Source: a virus
Lineage: Duplodnaviria; Caudoviricetes
DNA length: 40,151 nt
Direction: 5' to 3' (one strand)
IMG/VR virus record: IMGVR_UViG_3300016476_000266
Location: 1-40,151 of that record
The position numbers were made by a program, and so were the translations under genes. Numbering within the stretch: position 1 is the first letter of the stretch; every line of letters starts with the position of its first letter. The notes below the pieces were generated by a model, which saw nothing but the letters and a program-made list of their open reading frames with translations, was not told the origin of the DNA and ran no database searches. Positions 1 through 8,378 of this stretch are shown piece by piece.

Positions 1-212
1 TGTTCTACTTCTTCAGTAACCTTTTTCTTTGCAGGTCCAGTAACAATACCGTTCTTCTTTGGTAATGACTTCCAGTACTCGTTATGCTTCTTCCATGTAT
101 TGAAGTCAGTGCGAGTCATTAGCTTTTTCTTAGACTTAGAGTTGGCGTACTTCTTTAAGTATGCCTCATAGTCTGCAACTTCTGTTAAAAGAAAATCTTG
201 AAATGATTCCAT
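1..212 (-). CDS. Hypothetical protein, partial (runs off window); possible internal head protein
   Basis: Not in ORF track. ATG at 212 overlaps the Dps stop (TAATG); open frame MESFQDFLLTEVADYEAYLKKY...; N-terminus resembles the T4 capsid-targeting sequence. Confidence 0.75.
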   Translation of the reverse strand, partial: MESFQDFLLTEVADYEAYLKKYANSKSKKKLMTRTDFNTWKKHNEYWKSLPKKNGIVTGPAKKKVTEEVE

Positions 213-652
213 TATAGACCCTTAGTATATGAACGTAGCATCCAACCATGCTTCTTGTGAATATCAATACGACCTGCCGCAAAATCAGCCAGACCTTGTT
301 CATTGGTTGCACTTGCAACTTCGAATAATCTATTTAGGCTTGAAATGACTTGAGTATTTGCTGCAATCAAAGAAGCAAACATAGCATCTACAGACTTAAC
401 ATCTTCATCTTCAACGATTGTCTTATAGTTGTATAGTTCCATAAGACTTGTAGGAGCGTATTGATCTAGTGCTCTGATCTCTTCTGCAATACTATCTACA
501 GCACCATGAAGCTCTGCATATAATCCACCAAAGAAGTCATGTAGTTCACTAAAGTTCTTGCCTTCAACGTTCCAATGGTATGAGTGTGCCTTGAAATACA
601 TTACAAATGTATTCCCTAGGACTAATTTAGTTGTTGTTACTAGTTCTTCCAT
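212..652 (-). CDS. dps: Dps/ferritin-like DNA-protection protein
   Basis: KAHSYHWNVEG-NF-ELH-FF...DSIAEEIRALD ferroxidase signature; C-terminal HKKHGWML. Confidence 0.93.
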   Translation of the reverse strand: MEELVTTTKLVLGNTFVMYFKAHSYHWNVEGKNFSELHDFFGGLYAELHGAVDSIAEEIRALDQYAPTSLMELYNYKTIVEDEDVKSVDAMFASLIAANTQVISSLNRLFEVASATNEQGLADFAAGRIDIHKKHGWMLRSYTKGL

Positions 653-661
653 CTTTATTCC

Positions 662-1024
662 TTACCAGGCTTTGCAGCTCCAATATCTTGCCTTGTCCTT
701 TGGCTTTGGTACATTAGGATCATCACAGCCGTGGCGTGCTCTAAAGCTCTTACGACGTGCAGGTATGTTCTTCTTGATAGTCATGTTTGGATCACCAAAC
801 TCTACCTTCTTAGCCTTGCCGTCTCCATCAGGATCAACGTATACTTTAGACTTCTTAACGTCGCCTGCCATAGGCTTATTTAGAGGAACCTTCTTACCTT
901 TGTAAGTAGCTTCTTCTACTTTATCCTCTTCCTTGATTCCCTTTTCATTTTTAGAAGCCCATACAGCTTTACGTTGAGCGTCACTAACATACTTTTCTTC
1001 TAAGAATTCTTTAAAGCTAATCAT
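662..1024 (-). CDS. Conserved basic phage protein (DUF6321-like), probable internal head protein
   Basis: KVEFGDPNM...RRKSFRARHGC...ARYWSCKAW motif common in T4-like phages; N-terminus MISFKEFLEE. Confidence 0.7.
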   Translation of the reverse strand: MISFKEFLEEKYVSDAQRKAVWASKNEKGIKEEDKVEEATYKGKKVPLNKPMAGDVKKSKVYVDPDGDGKAKKVEFGDPNMTIKKNIPARRKSFRARHGCDDPNVPKPKDKARYWSCKAW

Positions 1025-3243
1025 TTTGTATACGCCTTATGTGTTAAGCGATCTTGTTCGATCTTTTTGATTTTTGGAGTAAGTCTCATTGCTAGACGAC
1101 CAATTGCAATCTTGCGCTTTGCAATGATACCTTCAATTCTTTCCTTTTCGCTTGTCGTAAGTTTTTCTAGTGGCTTACGTGCAAGTCTCTTCTTCATCAT
1201 TGCAACGGCTAGTTTACGAGCTCTATTGTTGATGGTCTTATTTGAAGAACGAGTCTTTAAAGCGATTTGAATTCTACGTTCTCTCTTAGCCTTGCTCTGA
1301 GCAAACTTAACTCTTGCTCTTAGTCTTTCAATACGTGAAAGAACTTCGTTTAGAGCTTCTTCCTTGAGCTTTTCTTCTTCTTTCTCTTCGGCTTCGTTAC
1401 CTTCGTCGTCGATAACGCCAAACTCTTCATCATCATAAGCATCCATCACATGATCTAGATCAGTTACGTCATCAGCCATCTTTTCGATTTCATCGTCGTC
1501 TAGATCATCTTCTTGGATGTAATCTTTATCTGAACCAGCTTTAAAGAATGGGTCAAACCCTTCCTGTGCTTCTGTCATCTTTATGATTTTCATAGTACGA
1601 ACAGCAGGATTTTCTTTGCCATGAACTAGCGTATGACCAGGTTTGGTATGTTTATCCTTACCAGCAGCGTCAAGTTCTGCATCCTGATCACTGTCATTTA
1701 CTCTTTGTTCTTTTGTAAGAGTCTTCTTTTTGTACTCATACACTGGCTTACCAGTTGGCTTGTCGGTACCATTAGGTTGAATGACACCTTCCTCAATGTC
1801 GTGCTTCATAAGGCTACGATCCCACTTGATGCCAGCCTCGTCGGCAGTTTGAAGCATCTTGTGTACTGTAGACATATAAGCAGGTTGAATGGTCTTACCC
1901 TTGATCTTACGTAGAGCTTTGTTGACTAACTCCTCGGCATTTGAAGATTTTTCTACGTCTTCTACACCTAGGGCACCAGCAATGATACGTGCAACTTTGA
2001 TCTTGTCTGTGGCTGAGAATTTCATTTCTATTAGTTGTCCTTCTAGTTCTACTGAGTCTGCAAATTCATTGCCAACTGTTTCAGGTGTAAACTTGTTTTC
2101 CATGTCTTGGACTTCATGCTCATGCATATGCCAATAGTCCATATGGTGCATGAACTCGCCGATTCTATGCAGTGCATCTCTTGCCTTTTGGTGTGCTTCT
2201 CTCCAAGATGCAAGTTCTTTCTCGTCTGGAGGTTGACCTTGTTCAAGGTGCATATCATTGAGTTTCATATATGTATCAGTCGCCTTCAGTGCGTTTAGAA
2301 TGGCAACTGGGTCTTTGATCTGACCGTTCTTATATCTCTCAATCGTTGTTTGGAATGCCTTGGTTGCATCCTCAGAGTGGTGTAGGTTCTTTGTGGTATA
2401 ACCCTTGAAGGTGATCTCTTCTGGTGCTGGACCAACTGGAACGTCTTCCTGTACTACGATAGGTTGTACTGAGCTTAACCACTTCTTACTTGTATCACCT
2501 GATTCATTTACAACGGTGATGTAGTTTGAACCTCTGTCAAGAATCTCGTATACGCTTGTACCATCGGTGACCTTATCACCAACGTTAAAGATACTGCCAT
2601 TTAGATACATCTCACGGATCTTAGTGGTTTCAAACTTGATCTGTTCCTTGATGGCTTCCATACCCATACCTTGACGAATCTCATTCATCAGGCGCTTACC
2701 ATCTATCTCGGTAAGTGTATGTGGTAGACCCTTCTTAAACAACTGGAAGTCACCTTTCTTGGCAGCTTCACGCATCTTAGTACCTGACATACCAGAAGCT
2801 GTGTCTGCATCTGGATCACGTTCACCGGCAGATACTACCTCGATGGTTTCAAAGTTAAACACATCGTTGTTGTACTTGTTGAGGATTCTCTTGTACTCTG
2901 GAATACGATCTGAACCAGCAATCATTACAATGTGCTTGTACTTCTTAGATAAGAACGTAGCCGCCTCGATGAAAGTTCTGATCTCATCGCTAGCAGCTAC
3001 AAAATTTGTATTCGGGAACATTCTCTTCAGGTAGTACACCTTACGGTCTACTGGAAGAGGATTGGACTTTTTGTCCTGTGAGCGTGAAGCAAAGATAACG
3101 TGGTCTGCACCTTGCTTCTGTGCAATCTTTTTAACCGCGTTGACTAATAACTCGTGACCGGTCGTAGGTGGCTGGAATCTACCAAACGCAAACACGACCT
3201 TTTTTGAAGGCAGTTCTTTGACTAGTTGTCTAAAATTTTTCAT
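1021..3243 (-). CDS. Multidomain protein with N-terminal HxGH (cytidylyltransferase/NMNAT-like) nucleotidyltransferase domain
   Basis: FGRFQPPTTGH, AGSDR and SGMSGTKMR motifs; then a KOW/SH3-like segment, an acidic region and a basic C-terminus. Start placed at MKNF (3243) after a GGA SD-like site. Confidence 0.8.
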   Translation of the reverse strand: MKNFRQLVKELPSKKVVFAFGRFQPPTTGHELLVNAVKKIAQKQGADHVIFASRSQDKKSNPLPVDRKVYYLKRMFPNTNFVAASDEIRTFIEAATFLSKKYKHIVMIAGSDRIPEYKRILNKYNNDVFNFETIEVVSAGERDPDADTASGMSGTKMREAAKKGDFQLFKKGLPHTLTEIDGKRLMNEIRQGMGMEAIKEQIKFETTKIREMYLNGSIFNVGDKVTDGTSVYEILDRGSNYITVVNESGDTSKKWLSSVQPIVVQEDVPVGPAPEEITFKGYTTKNLHHSEDATKAFQTTIERYKNGQIKDPVAILNALKATDTYMKLNDMHLEQGQPPDEKELASWREAHQKARDALHRIGEFMHHMDYWHMHEHEVQDMENKFTPETVGNEFADSVELEGQLIEMKFSATDKIKVARIIAGALGVEDVEKSSNAEELVNKALRKIKGKTIQPAYMSTVHKMLQTADEAGIKWDRSLMKHDIEEGVIQPNGTDKPTGKPVYEYKKKTLTKEQRVNDSDQDAELDAAGKDKHTKPGHTLVHGKENPAVRTMKIIKMTEAQEGFDPFFKAGSDKDYIQEDDLDDDEIEKMADDVTDLDHVMDAYDDEEFGVIDDEGNEAEEKEEEKLKEEALNEVLSRIERLRARVKFAQSKAKRERRIQIALKTRSSNKTINNRARKLAVAMMKKRLARKPLEKLTTSEKERIEGIIAKRKIAIGRLAMRLTPKIKKIEQDRLTHKAYTK

Positions 3244-3275
3244 GGGTTCCATCGATATCAAATTGTTACTACAGT

Positions 3276-3283
3276 TATTTATT
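3276..3283 (-). promoter_or_regulatory. T4-type late promoter variant (AATAAATA)
   Basis: One mismatch to TATAAATA, intergenic, ~30 nt upstream of the start at 3243. Confidence 0.55.
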
Positions 3284-3298
3284 TAACTAGTAATTTTA

Positions 3299-4528
3299 CT
3301 ATCGTTGCCATCCTTTAATGATATCGTTAGAGAAGTTAGCTCTACTAAATTCCATACGATCAACGATCTTTACAGCACCGCCAGTTAAGTGATCGATCGC
3401 AACGAATCCTTCTACACCAGTAACTTCAAATCCATTCTTAGTCTTAAGAAACGTATTGATGTGACCAGCTTGATTCATCTTAGCGATGATCAGTGCTTTG
3501 GCCTCTGCGATTAGATTTGACAGGTCGAAGATCGCAACGATCTGGTTCTGATCGTGATTAGCAAAGAAAGATAGAACCTTCTTTCTGGTTTCTTCCTGCT
3601 TTGACTTACCTGCAGCAGTCTTTTTCTTCTCTATCTCTGCCTGATACTTATCGTGAATGTAGTGGAATAGTTCCCTTACGTGTGCTTTTGTATCGGTGAT
3701 CTTCTCTGACTTACGAATCTTAGAGTTGTTGAAGGTCTTTACTGCCATCAATAGGTCTTCATCTCTACTGATTGCGTTTAGTGTCTCAGCACTTATACTT
3801 TGAAATAGAGTACCAGCTCTCGAAAGAACCTTGGTGACCTGTTCTGTCTCTGCAGCGGTGAAAGTAGCGGTACCTGAATAATCTCTATAGTTTGCATCGT
3901 CCATCCAGATAGATGGACTCTTATTAAATTTATCAACGATTGACTTGCCAAACGAAGCTCTCATCGATTCAAAAGAGTCACCTTCATACGTGGTGTGCCA
4001 AACAACGCCGATCTTTGCTTTACGAATACTCATACCAAGCTTAGAATCAAATGGTACTGCATAGACGATTGTGTTTGGATGGAAGGTAATGTACTTCTGT
4101 CCATCGATCATTTCTGTCTTCTTATCGTCGGTGAACATTAGATCACCTTGATACACACCTGACTTAATACCAAGCTTACTAAACTCGGCTAGTGCAATCT
4201 TAAGCTTGGCGGCAAGATCACCAGATGTATCTGCATCTATCTCTGCAGGAGTCTTGTACACCTTAGGGTTCTTATTGAATACACCCTTCTTTGCAACGAA
4301 GAACTTACCATCACGTGGATCTATTCCAGCAAATACTGCTGGTGCTCCATCCCACTTGACTGTTGCAGTTACTTTAGACTTTGAGTGACCAGCCAACATG
4401 TCTCTAAGGTTTATTAGTGAGTTGATGGCTTTACGTGCACCTTCTACGCCTTCGTTGAAGATGAGATCCTCAACGTGCTCCATGTGCACATTCTTTTCTT
4501 CTGCGATAAATGACTTAAGAGTTTTCAT
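3299..4528 (-). CDS. Conserved T4-like protein (DUF6267-like) with ATP-dependent ligase/nucleotidyltransferase-like motifs
   Basis: HMEHVED, TVKWDGAP, VYQGDLMF, VEGFVA, VKIVDR motifs; ATG at 4528 overlaps the upstream stop (ATGA). Confidence 0.7.
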   Translation of the reverse strand: MKTLKSFIAEEKNVHMEHVEDLIFNEGVEGARKAINSLINLRDMLAGHSKSKVTATVKWDGAPAVFAGIDPRDGKFFVAKKGVFNKNPKVYKTPAEIDADTSGDLAAKLKIALAEFSKLGIKSGVYQGDLMFTDDKKTEMIDGQKYITFHPNTIVYAVPFDSKLGMSIRKAKIGVVWHTTYEGDSFESMRASFGKSIVDKFNKSPSIWMDDANYRDYSGTATFTAAETEQVTKVLSRAGTLFQSISAETLNAISRDEDLLMAVKTFNNSKIRKSEKITDTKAHVRELFHYIHDKYQAEIEKKKTAAGKSKQEETRKKVLSFFANHDQNQIVAIFDLSNLIAEAKALIIAKMNQAGHINTFLKTKNGFEVTGVEGFVAIDHLTGGAVKIVDRMEFSRANFSNDIIKGWQR

Positions 4529-5337
4529 AGTAAGCACTTGAAGTTTGCTTGATTTTCTAAGATAGACACAGAGGTACCAGTAATAGGTGCAATGTTGTAT
4601 GGAGTTGTATTCTTTGGTAATGCAAACTCAATAGTGAAAGTGAATTGATACCCTTGGGCTCCAATTCTACCTTTTGACTTTTCTTCTGCGTCTGCTTTCG
4701 TAACGCCTTTAGACTGGCATCTTACTCTGGCCGTGATCTTACATTTGTCTTCAAACTTAGGAACTAAAGGAAGACCTGCGGATTTAAGTCTATCATTTAA
4801 TCCCAATGGATCTTTGTTTCCAAGTAGATAAAATCCATGCGTGCCAACGTTGATATAGTAAGTATTCTTTAGGTTGTAATACTTAGTCATGGCATCTGAA
4901 GGTAGAACGAGCTTAATGTCAGGACACGTCTTAAGATCAGAATTATATCTTTCTCTTAGTGGTGTCTTTAGCATTTGTCTTTCCCAATCAGCGGTTCTAT
5001 CGGAAACGTTGTAAATGGGCATATCCCACTTACGATTAATTTCGTCTAGTACACCAGATGATTTTGCAAGATCTGCTAAGAATTGTTTTTCAGTTTCATC
5101 GTGGTCGATTTCACCGAAACGCCAGTGTGGAGTAGAGTTAGCATACGCCTTAATTACTAAACTTCCACCAGCCGTAGGAGATATCTTCAGTTCACACCCA
5201 GCCTGTTTTCCTCTTACAGTCAGCATTAAATCTGGTCTGGTATGAGAAGCACCGGCGGTGACGCCATCAGATAACTTAAACTTCTTTAGGTACTTTGTTG
5301 TGTTTTCTTCGTAAACGAATCCCTGCTGAGCAGCCAT
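4525..5337 (-). CDS. PD-(D/E)XK restriction-endonuclease-like protein
   Basis: GFVYEE helix ... RPDL ... GCELK pattern. Confidence 0.6.
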   Translation of the reverse strand: MAAQQGFVYEENTTKYLKKFKLSDGVTAGASHTRPDLMLTVRGKQAGCELKISPTAGGSLVIKAYANSTPHWRFGEIDHDETEKQFLADLAKSSGVLDEINRKWDMPIYNVSDRTADWERQMLKTPLRERYNSDLKTCPDIKLVLPSDAMTKYYNLKNTYYINVGTHGFYLLGNKDPLGLNDRLKSAGLPLVPKFEDKCKITARVRCQSKGVTKADAEEKSKGRIGAQGYQFTFTIEFALPKNTTPYNIAPITGTSVSILENQANFKCLL

Positions 5338-5365
5338 ATTGTCCCCATCAATAAAATAGTATCTA

Positions 5366-5373
5366 TATTTATA
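5366..5373 (-). promoter_or_regulatory. T4-type late promoter TATAAATA
   Basis: Exact gp55 consensus just downstream of a terminator and upstream of 5337. Confidence 0.8.
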
Positions 5374-5399
5374 AATGGAAATCGCCCAGCAGGGCGATT
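5374..5399 (-). terminator. Intrinsic terminator ending the modification operon
   Basis: AATCGCCC-TGCT-GGGCGATT stem followed by TCCATTT, directly after the stop at 5403. Confidence 0.7.
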
Positions 5400-5402
5400 G
5401 GT

Positions 5403-6593
5403 TTAGATGAACTCTTCTATACTGACTACGTTATCTGGTTCTCGCACTTCATGTTTCTTAGAAGTATTGAACTGATATACGAGGCTGGAGTCTAAGTAGT
5501 CCCTCTTGTTTTCAAGGACTGCTTTGATCTCATTTGCCATGTCTGTTGCTGTTCCAACAGGTACGTTTTGGCATACATGGTTCAGGTTTCTAGCAGGATT
5601 CAACAGCTCAAAGTCCTGTGGTAGACCCATGATAGTCATGCACTCTCTATACGTAAGGTATCTGTCCTCAGTAGGATGTGTCATCGACACTGGCAGATGA
5701 CCAACGAAAGCACCAATATAGTCCTTTGGAATATATGAGGCTCTACGCATAATGTTACCACCTGCGTCCAGTTTGTCTTGAATGGAGTCCATCTTTGAAG
5801 CTAGCTTTTCATACCCGTTCTTTTGGAAGAAGTCCTTAGCCATACGATAGGTATGACCGTGTTCTTCCATGTAGTGCATAACGTCTGCAGACTTAGTCAG
5901 TGTACTCTGGAACTCAGCATGTGACATACCGTTGTTAATAACTTCAAGAACATACCTATAGTAAGGATCATCTTTACTTGGGATCTTCTTGTTGGTTACC
6001 TGTTGCTGTGTAGCATACTTGGAAATTCGAGTGAACAGCTCTTCAATCGGCTCTCTTTGCTTTTCATAATATGAAAAGAGTGGAGTTTTATTGCCTTTCC
6101 AAAAGAAGTAGAAGCTTCGTTCTCTAACTTGACTAATTCCATGCAATAGGGACTTAGTCCTATACACAGACATGGTGTAACCGTTCTCACTTGCAAGCTT
6201 ATGCAACTTGTTGACGATTGGTTTGCCCATCGCACCTGCAAAACGTGGTGCGTTCTCACCCCAGAATACTTGAGGCTTCATTTCCTCAAGCACGTACTTT
6301 GCGGTGATCATCATCCAGTCATTGACTGCAGACTCAGAGTTAGCGGCAGGCGATAGTGAAGACAGACCAGCACATGGGCACACCGCATTTACCACATCAA
6401 CATAGTGAGGATGTCTACCACCTTGATCTAACAGGATGTATGGTACTTCCTTCAGGTGATTGACTAGGTGTGAATCGTTGTTGGAGAACGGAGTATACGA
6501 AAGTAAGTAATCCGGCTTAGATCCAAACGCGGCCATTTGACCGAGTGTTTCTCCTCCGATCAATGGTACGATACTTGCATGCTTAATTGTCAT
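5403..6593 (-). CDS. DNA cytosine-C5 methyltransferase-fold protein with atypical SAM-binding motifs
   Basis: Motif IV CPCAGLS, VI GENAP, VIII QVRERSF, IX RYLTYRECMTIMGLP; motif I degenerate (SIVPLIGG) and motif X QNVP. Confidence 0.8.
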   Translation of the reverse strand: MTIKHASIVPLIGGETLGQMAAFGSKPDYLLSYTPFSNNDSHLVNHLKEVPYILLDQGGRHPHYVDVVNAVCPCAGLSSLSPAANSESAVNDWMMITAKYVLEEMKPQVFWGENAPRFAGAMGKPIVNKLHKLASENGYTMSVYRTKSLLHGISQVRERSFYFFWKGNKTPLFSYYEKQREPIEELFTRISKYATQQQVTNKKIPSKDDPYYRYVLEVINNGMSHAEFQSTLTKSADVMHYMEEHGHTYRMAKDFFQKNGYEKLASKMDSIQDKLDAGGNIMRRASYIPKDYIGAFVGHLPVSMTHPTEDRYLTYRECMTIMGLPQDFELLNPARNLNHVCQNVPVGTATDMANEIKAVLENKRDYLDSSLVYQFNTSKKHEVREPDNVVSIEEFI

Positions 6594-7795
6594 AGGTATT
6601 CTTTAATCTTATTCATCATCTCTTCAAAGGTATGTTGAGAGTCTTGGTGTTGCTTATAAAATTCAAATGCCATCTCACGATATTCGTTACGCATAACATT
6701 GTCTTTCGCCAGCTTATTTACTAAGTCTAAAGCAGGCTGCATATCGTTGTCGTCAAGCCAGATCGTGCCGGTATCCTTACAGTTGATTAACTTGTCACCA
6801 AACTTACGGTGGGTACAACGCTCACCATACGCTTTACGGAACACCGGTACTACACCAACTGCGGCGAGTTCGCAGTGAGTATACTCAATCGAGCGTTCAA
6901 TGAATCGTTCATCCAACAGAGAAAGCTGATAACCAAACCCAGTTGCCGCCATTCTATATAGCATCTGTTCATTAACGTATGGGCCAAACACATACGCCGG
7001 TTGATCTTTTTCCAGCGTAACAGTATTGATGTTTTGGCTAATCATTGGATGGAACTCAGAAAGCTTCTTGAAGTCCATGTATGCAGGAGACTTCTCAATA
7101 CCTTCAAAGGTGGTGATATAACCGTTAGGACGTAGATACTCATTATGGAACTTGAACATCTGAACGTAGCCTTTCCAACTGGTGGTGCGACCAATCCACT
7201 TGTGTTCATTAGGCTTCGTCTGATCAATGTCTAACCAGTACTTAGCACGAACCGAATCAAAGTCCATGCCAGGCTGAAAGTTTAGAATAGTCTTAGACTC
7301 GTTGTCTGAGAAGAAGTCAGCCAGTGCACCTCCGTCAGTTACACTATTAACGTGCCTAGCGAAATCGTTGTTAGAGCTATGGCCAAAAAGAACGCTAGCT
7401 TTTCGGATAGACTCATCGATCGCAGCATTGCGTTTAATTGACAACGAAGAGTGATCATGCTGGACGAGAACGATAGGCTTTTTGACTTCATTTAGGAACC
7501 TCTTAAATTCATTGATACATTCATCGGAGTGACCAATAGAAGGTAGACTATTGATGATGACAACATCCGACTGATTGCACCCATCAATCATTACCTGTGT
7601 CTCACTTGGAACTGCGAATTTCAACTGAATGACGTTGGAGACATCATGGGCGTTCTTGCGCGTCCACGTCTTATCCTTAGAAGAATAGACTGTGAAATCA
7701 TACCCATTCTTAGCAAGATACTTCGTCTGCTCAACAGTAAACTTAGTTACACCACAGCCTTCAATGCCGCGGCCCATAATGATTGCAACTTTCAT
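6590..7795 (-). CDS. agt: DNA alpha-glucosyltransferase (hmC glycosylation)
   Basis: Colinear with T4 AGT as recalled: GRGIEGCGVTKF, QHDHS, NFQP, WIGRTTSWKG, GFGYQLS, SIEYTH, HQDS. Confidence 0.92.
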   Translation of the reverse strand: MKVAIIMGRGIEGCGVTKFTVEQTKYLAKNGYDFTVYSSKDKTWTRKNAHDVSNVIQLKFAVPSETQVMIDGCNQSDVVIINSLPSIGHSDECINEFKRFLNEVKKPIVLVQHDHSSLSIKRNAAIDESIRKASVLFGHSSNNDFARHVNSVTDGGALADFFSDNESKTILNFQPGMDFDSVRAKYWLDIDQTKPNEHKWIGRTTSWKGYVQMFKFHNEYLRPNGYITTFEGIEKSPAYMDFKKLSEFHPMISQNINTVTLEKDQPAYVFGPYVNEQMLYRMAATGFGYQLSLLDERFIERSIEYTHCELAAVGVVPVFRKAYGERCTHRKFGDKLINCKDTGTIWLDDNDMQPALDLVNKLAKDNVMRNEYREMAFEFYKQHQDSQHTFEEMMNKIKEYL

Positions 7796-7929
7796 GTGTT
7801 GTCCTTAAAATACTTGAACACCTTGTACTGATGAGCAAAGATGCCAGGATAATGTATAAAATTAGCCAGATGATCTCCGTAATATTCCTTCATCTGTTCG
7901 TAGATCTCTAGAGCTTCTTCTTTAGTCAT
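7792..7929 (-). CDS. Small hypothetical protein (45 aa)
   Basis: Not in ORF track. MTKEEALEIYEQMKEYYGDHLANFIHYPGIFAHQYKVFKYFKDNT; ATGA overlaps with both neighbouring genes. Confidence 0.8.
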   Translation of the reverse strand: MTKEEALEIYEQMKEYYGDHLANFIHYPGIFAHQYKVFKYFKDNT

Positions 7930-8378
7930 TGCTGAATCAGATAGTGTATGATCTTAGCTTCATTAAACATGTTACGAGTATGATTCCATGATGCAATCCA
8001 CTTGGGAGGAATCTTTTCTTCCGTTAGGATATACACTGAACGAATTCCTACTTGGATGATACCTTTTGCACACTCGGAACAAACTGGTAGTCCATACACA
8101 TACAGGTCAGCACCGTCCAACGAAATACCATTGAACGTAGCATTATATATGACATTCATTTCTGCATGAACTACGTATTGGTACTTCACCTCACGATTGT
8201 TCAGTCGTTCCTCTGTATCAATGATCTTACGAGGAAAACCATTGTAACCTTGGGACAGAATCTGCCCCTTGGAACCTACAGCAACAGCGCCAATCTTTCT
8301 ACTGGGATCTTTACTCCAAGTAGAAACATGCTTGGCTAGATCAAGATACCGTCTTTGCCATTCCGTAACGTTTTTCAT
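7926..8378 (-). CDS. cd: dCMP deaminase
   Basis: SKDPS, GYNGFP, VHAEMN and PVCSEC zinc-deaminase motifs. Confidence 0.92.
   Translation of the reverse strand: MKNVTEWQRRYLDLAKHVSTWSKDPSRKIGAVAVGSKGQILSQGYNGFPRKIIDTEERLNNREVKYQYVVHAEMNVIYNATFNGISLDGADLYVYGLPVCSECAKGIIQVGIRSVYILTEEKIPPKWIASWNHTRNMFNEAKIIHYLIQQ

Noticed and set aside
3296-3301. TAG stop followed by TAA as a hint of stop-codon recoding
   Set aside because: Core genes are full length in the standard code, so there is no evidence of reassignment.
7828-7835. CTGATGAG hammerhead-like core on the plus strand
   Set aside because: No flanking stems or matching GAAA; it lies antisense within the 45-aa ORF.
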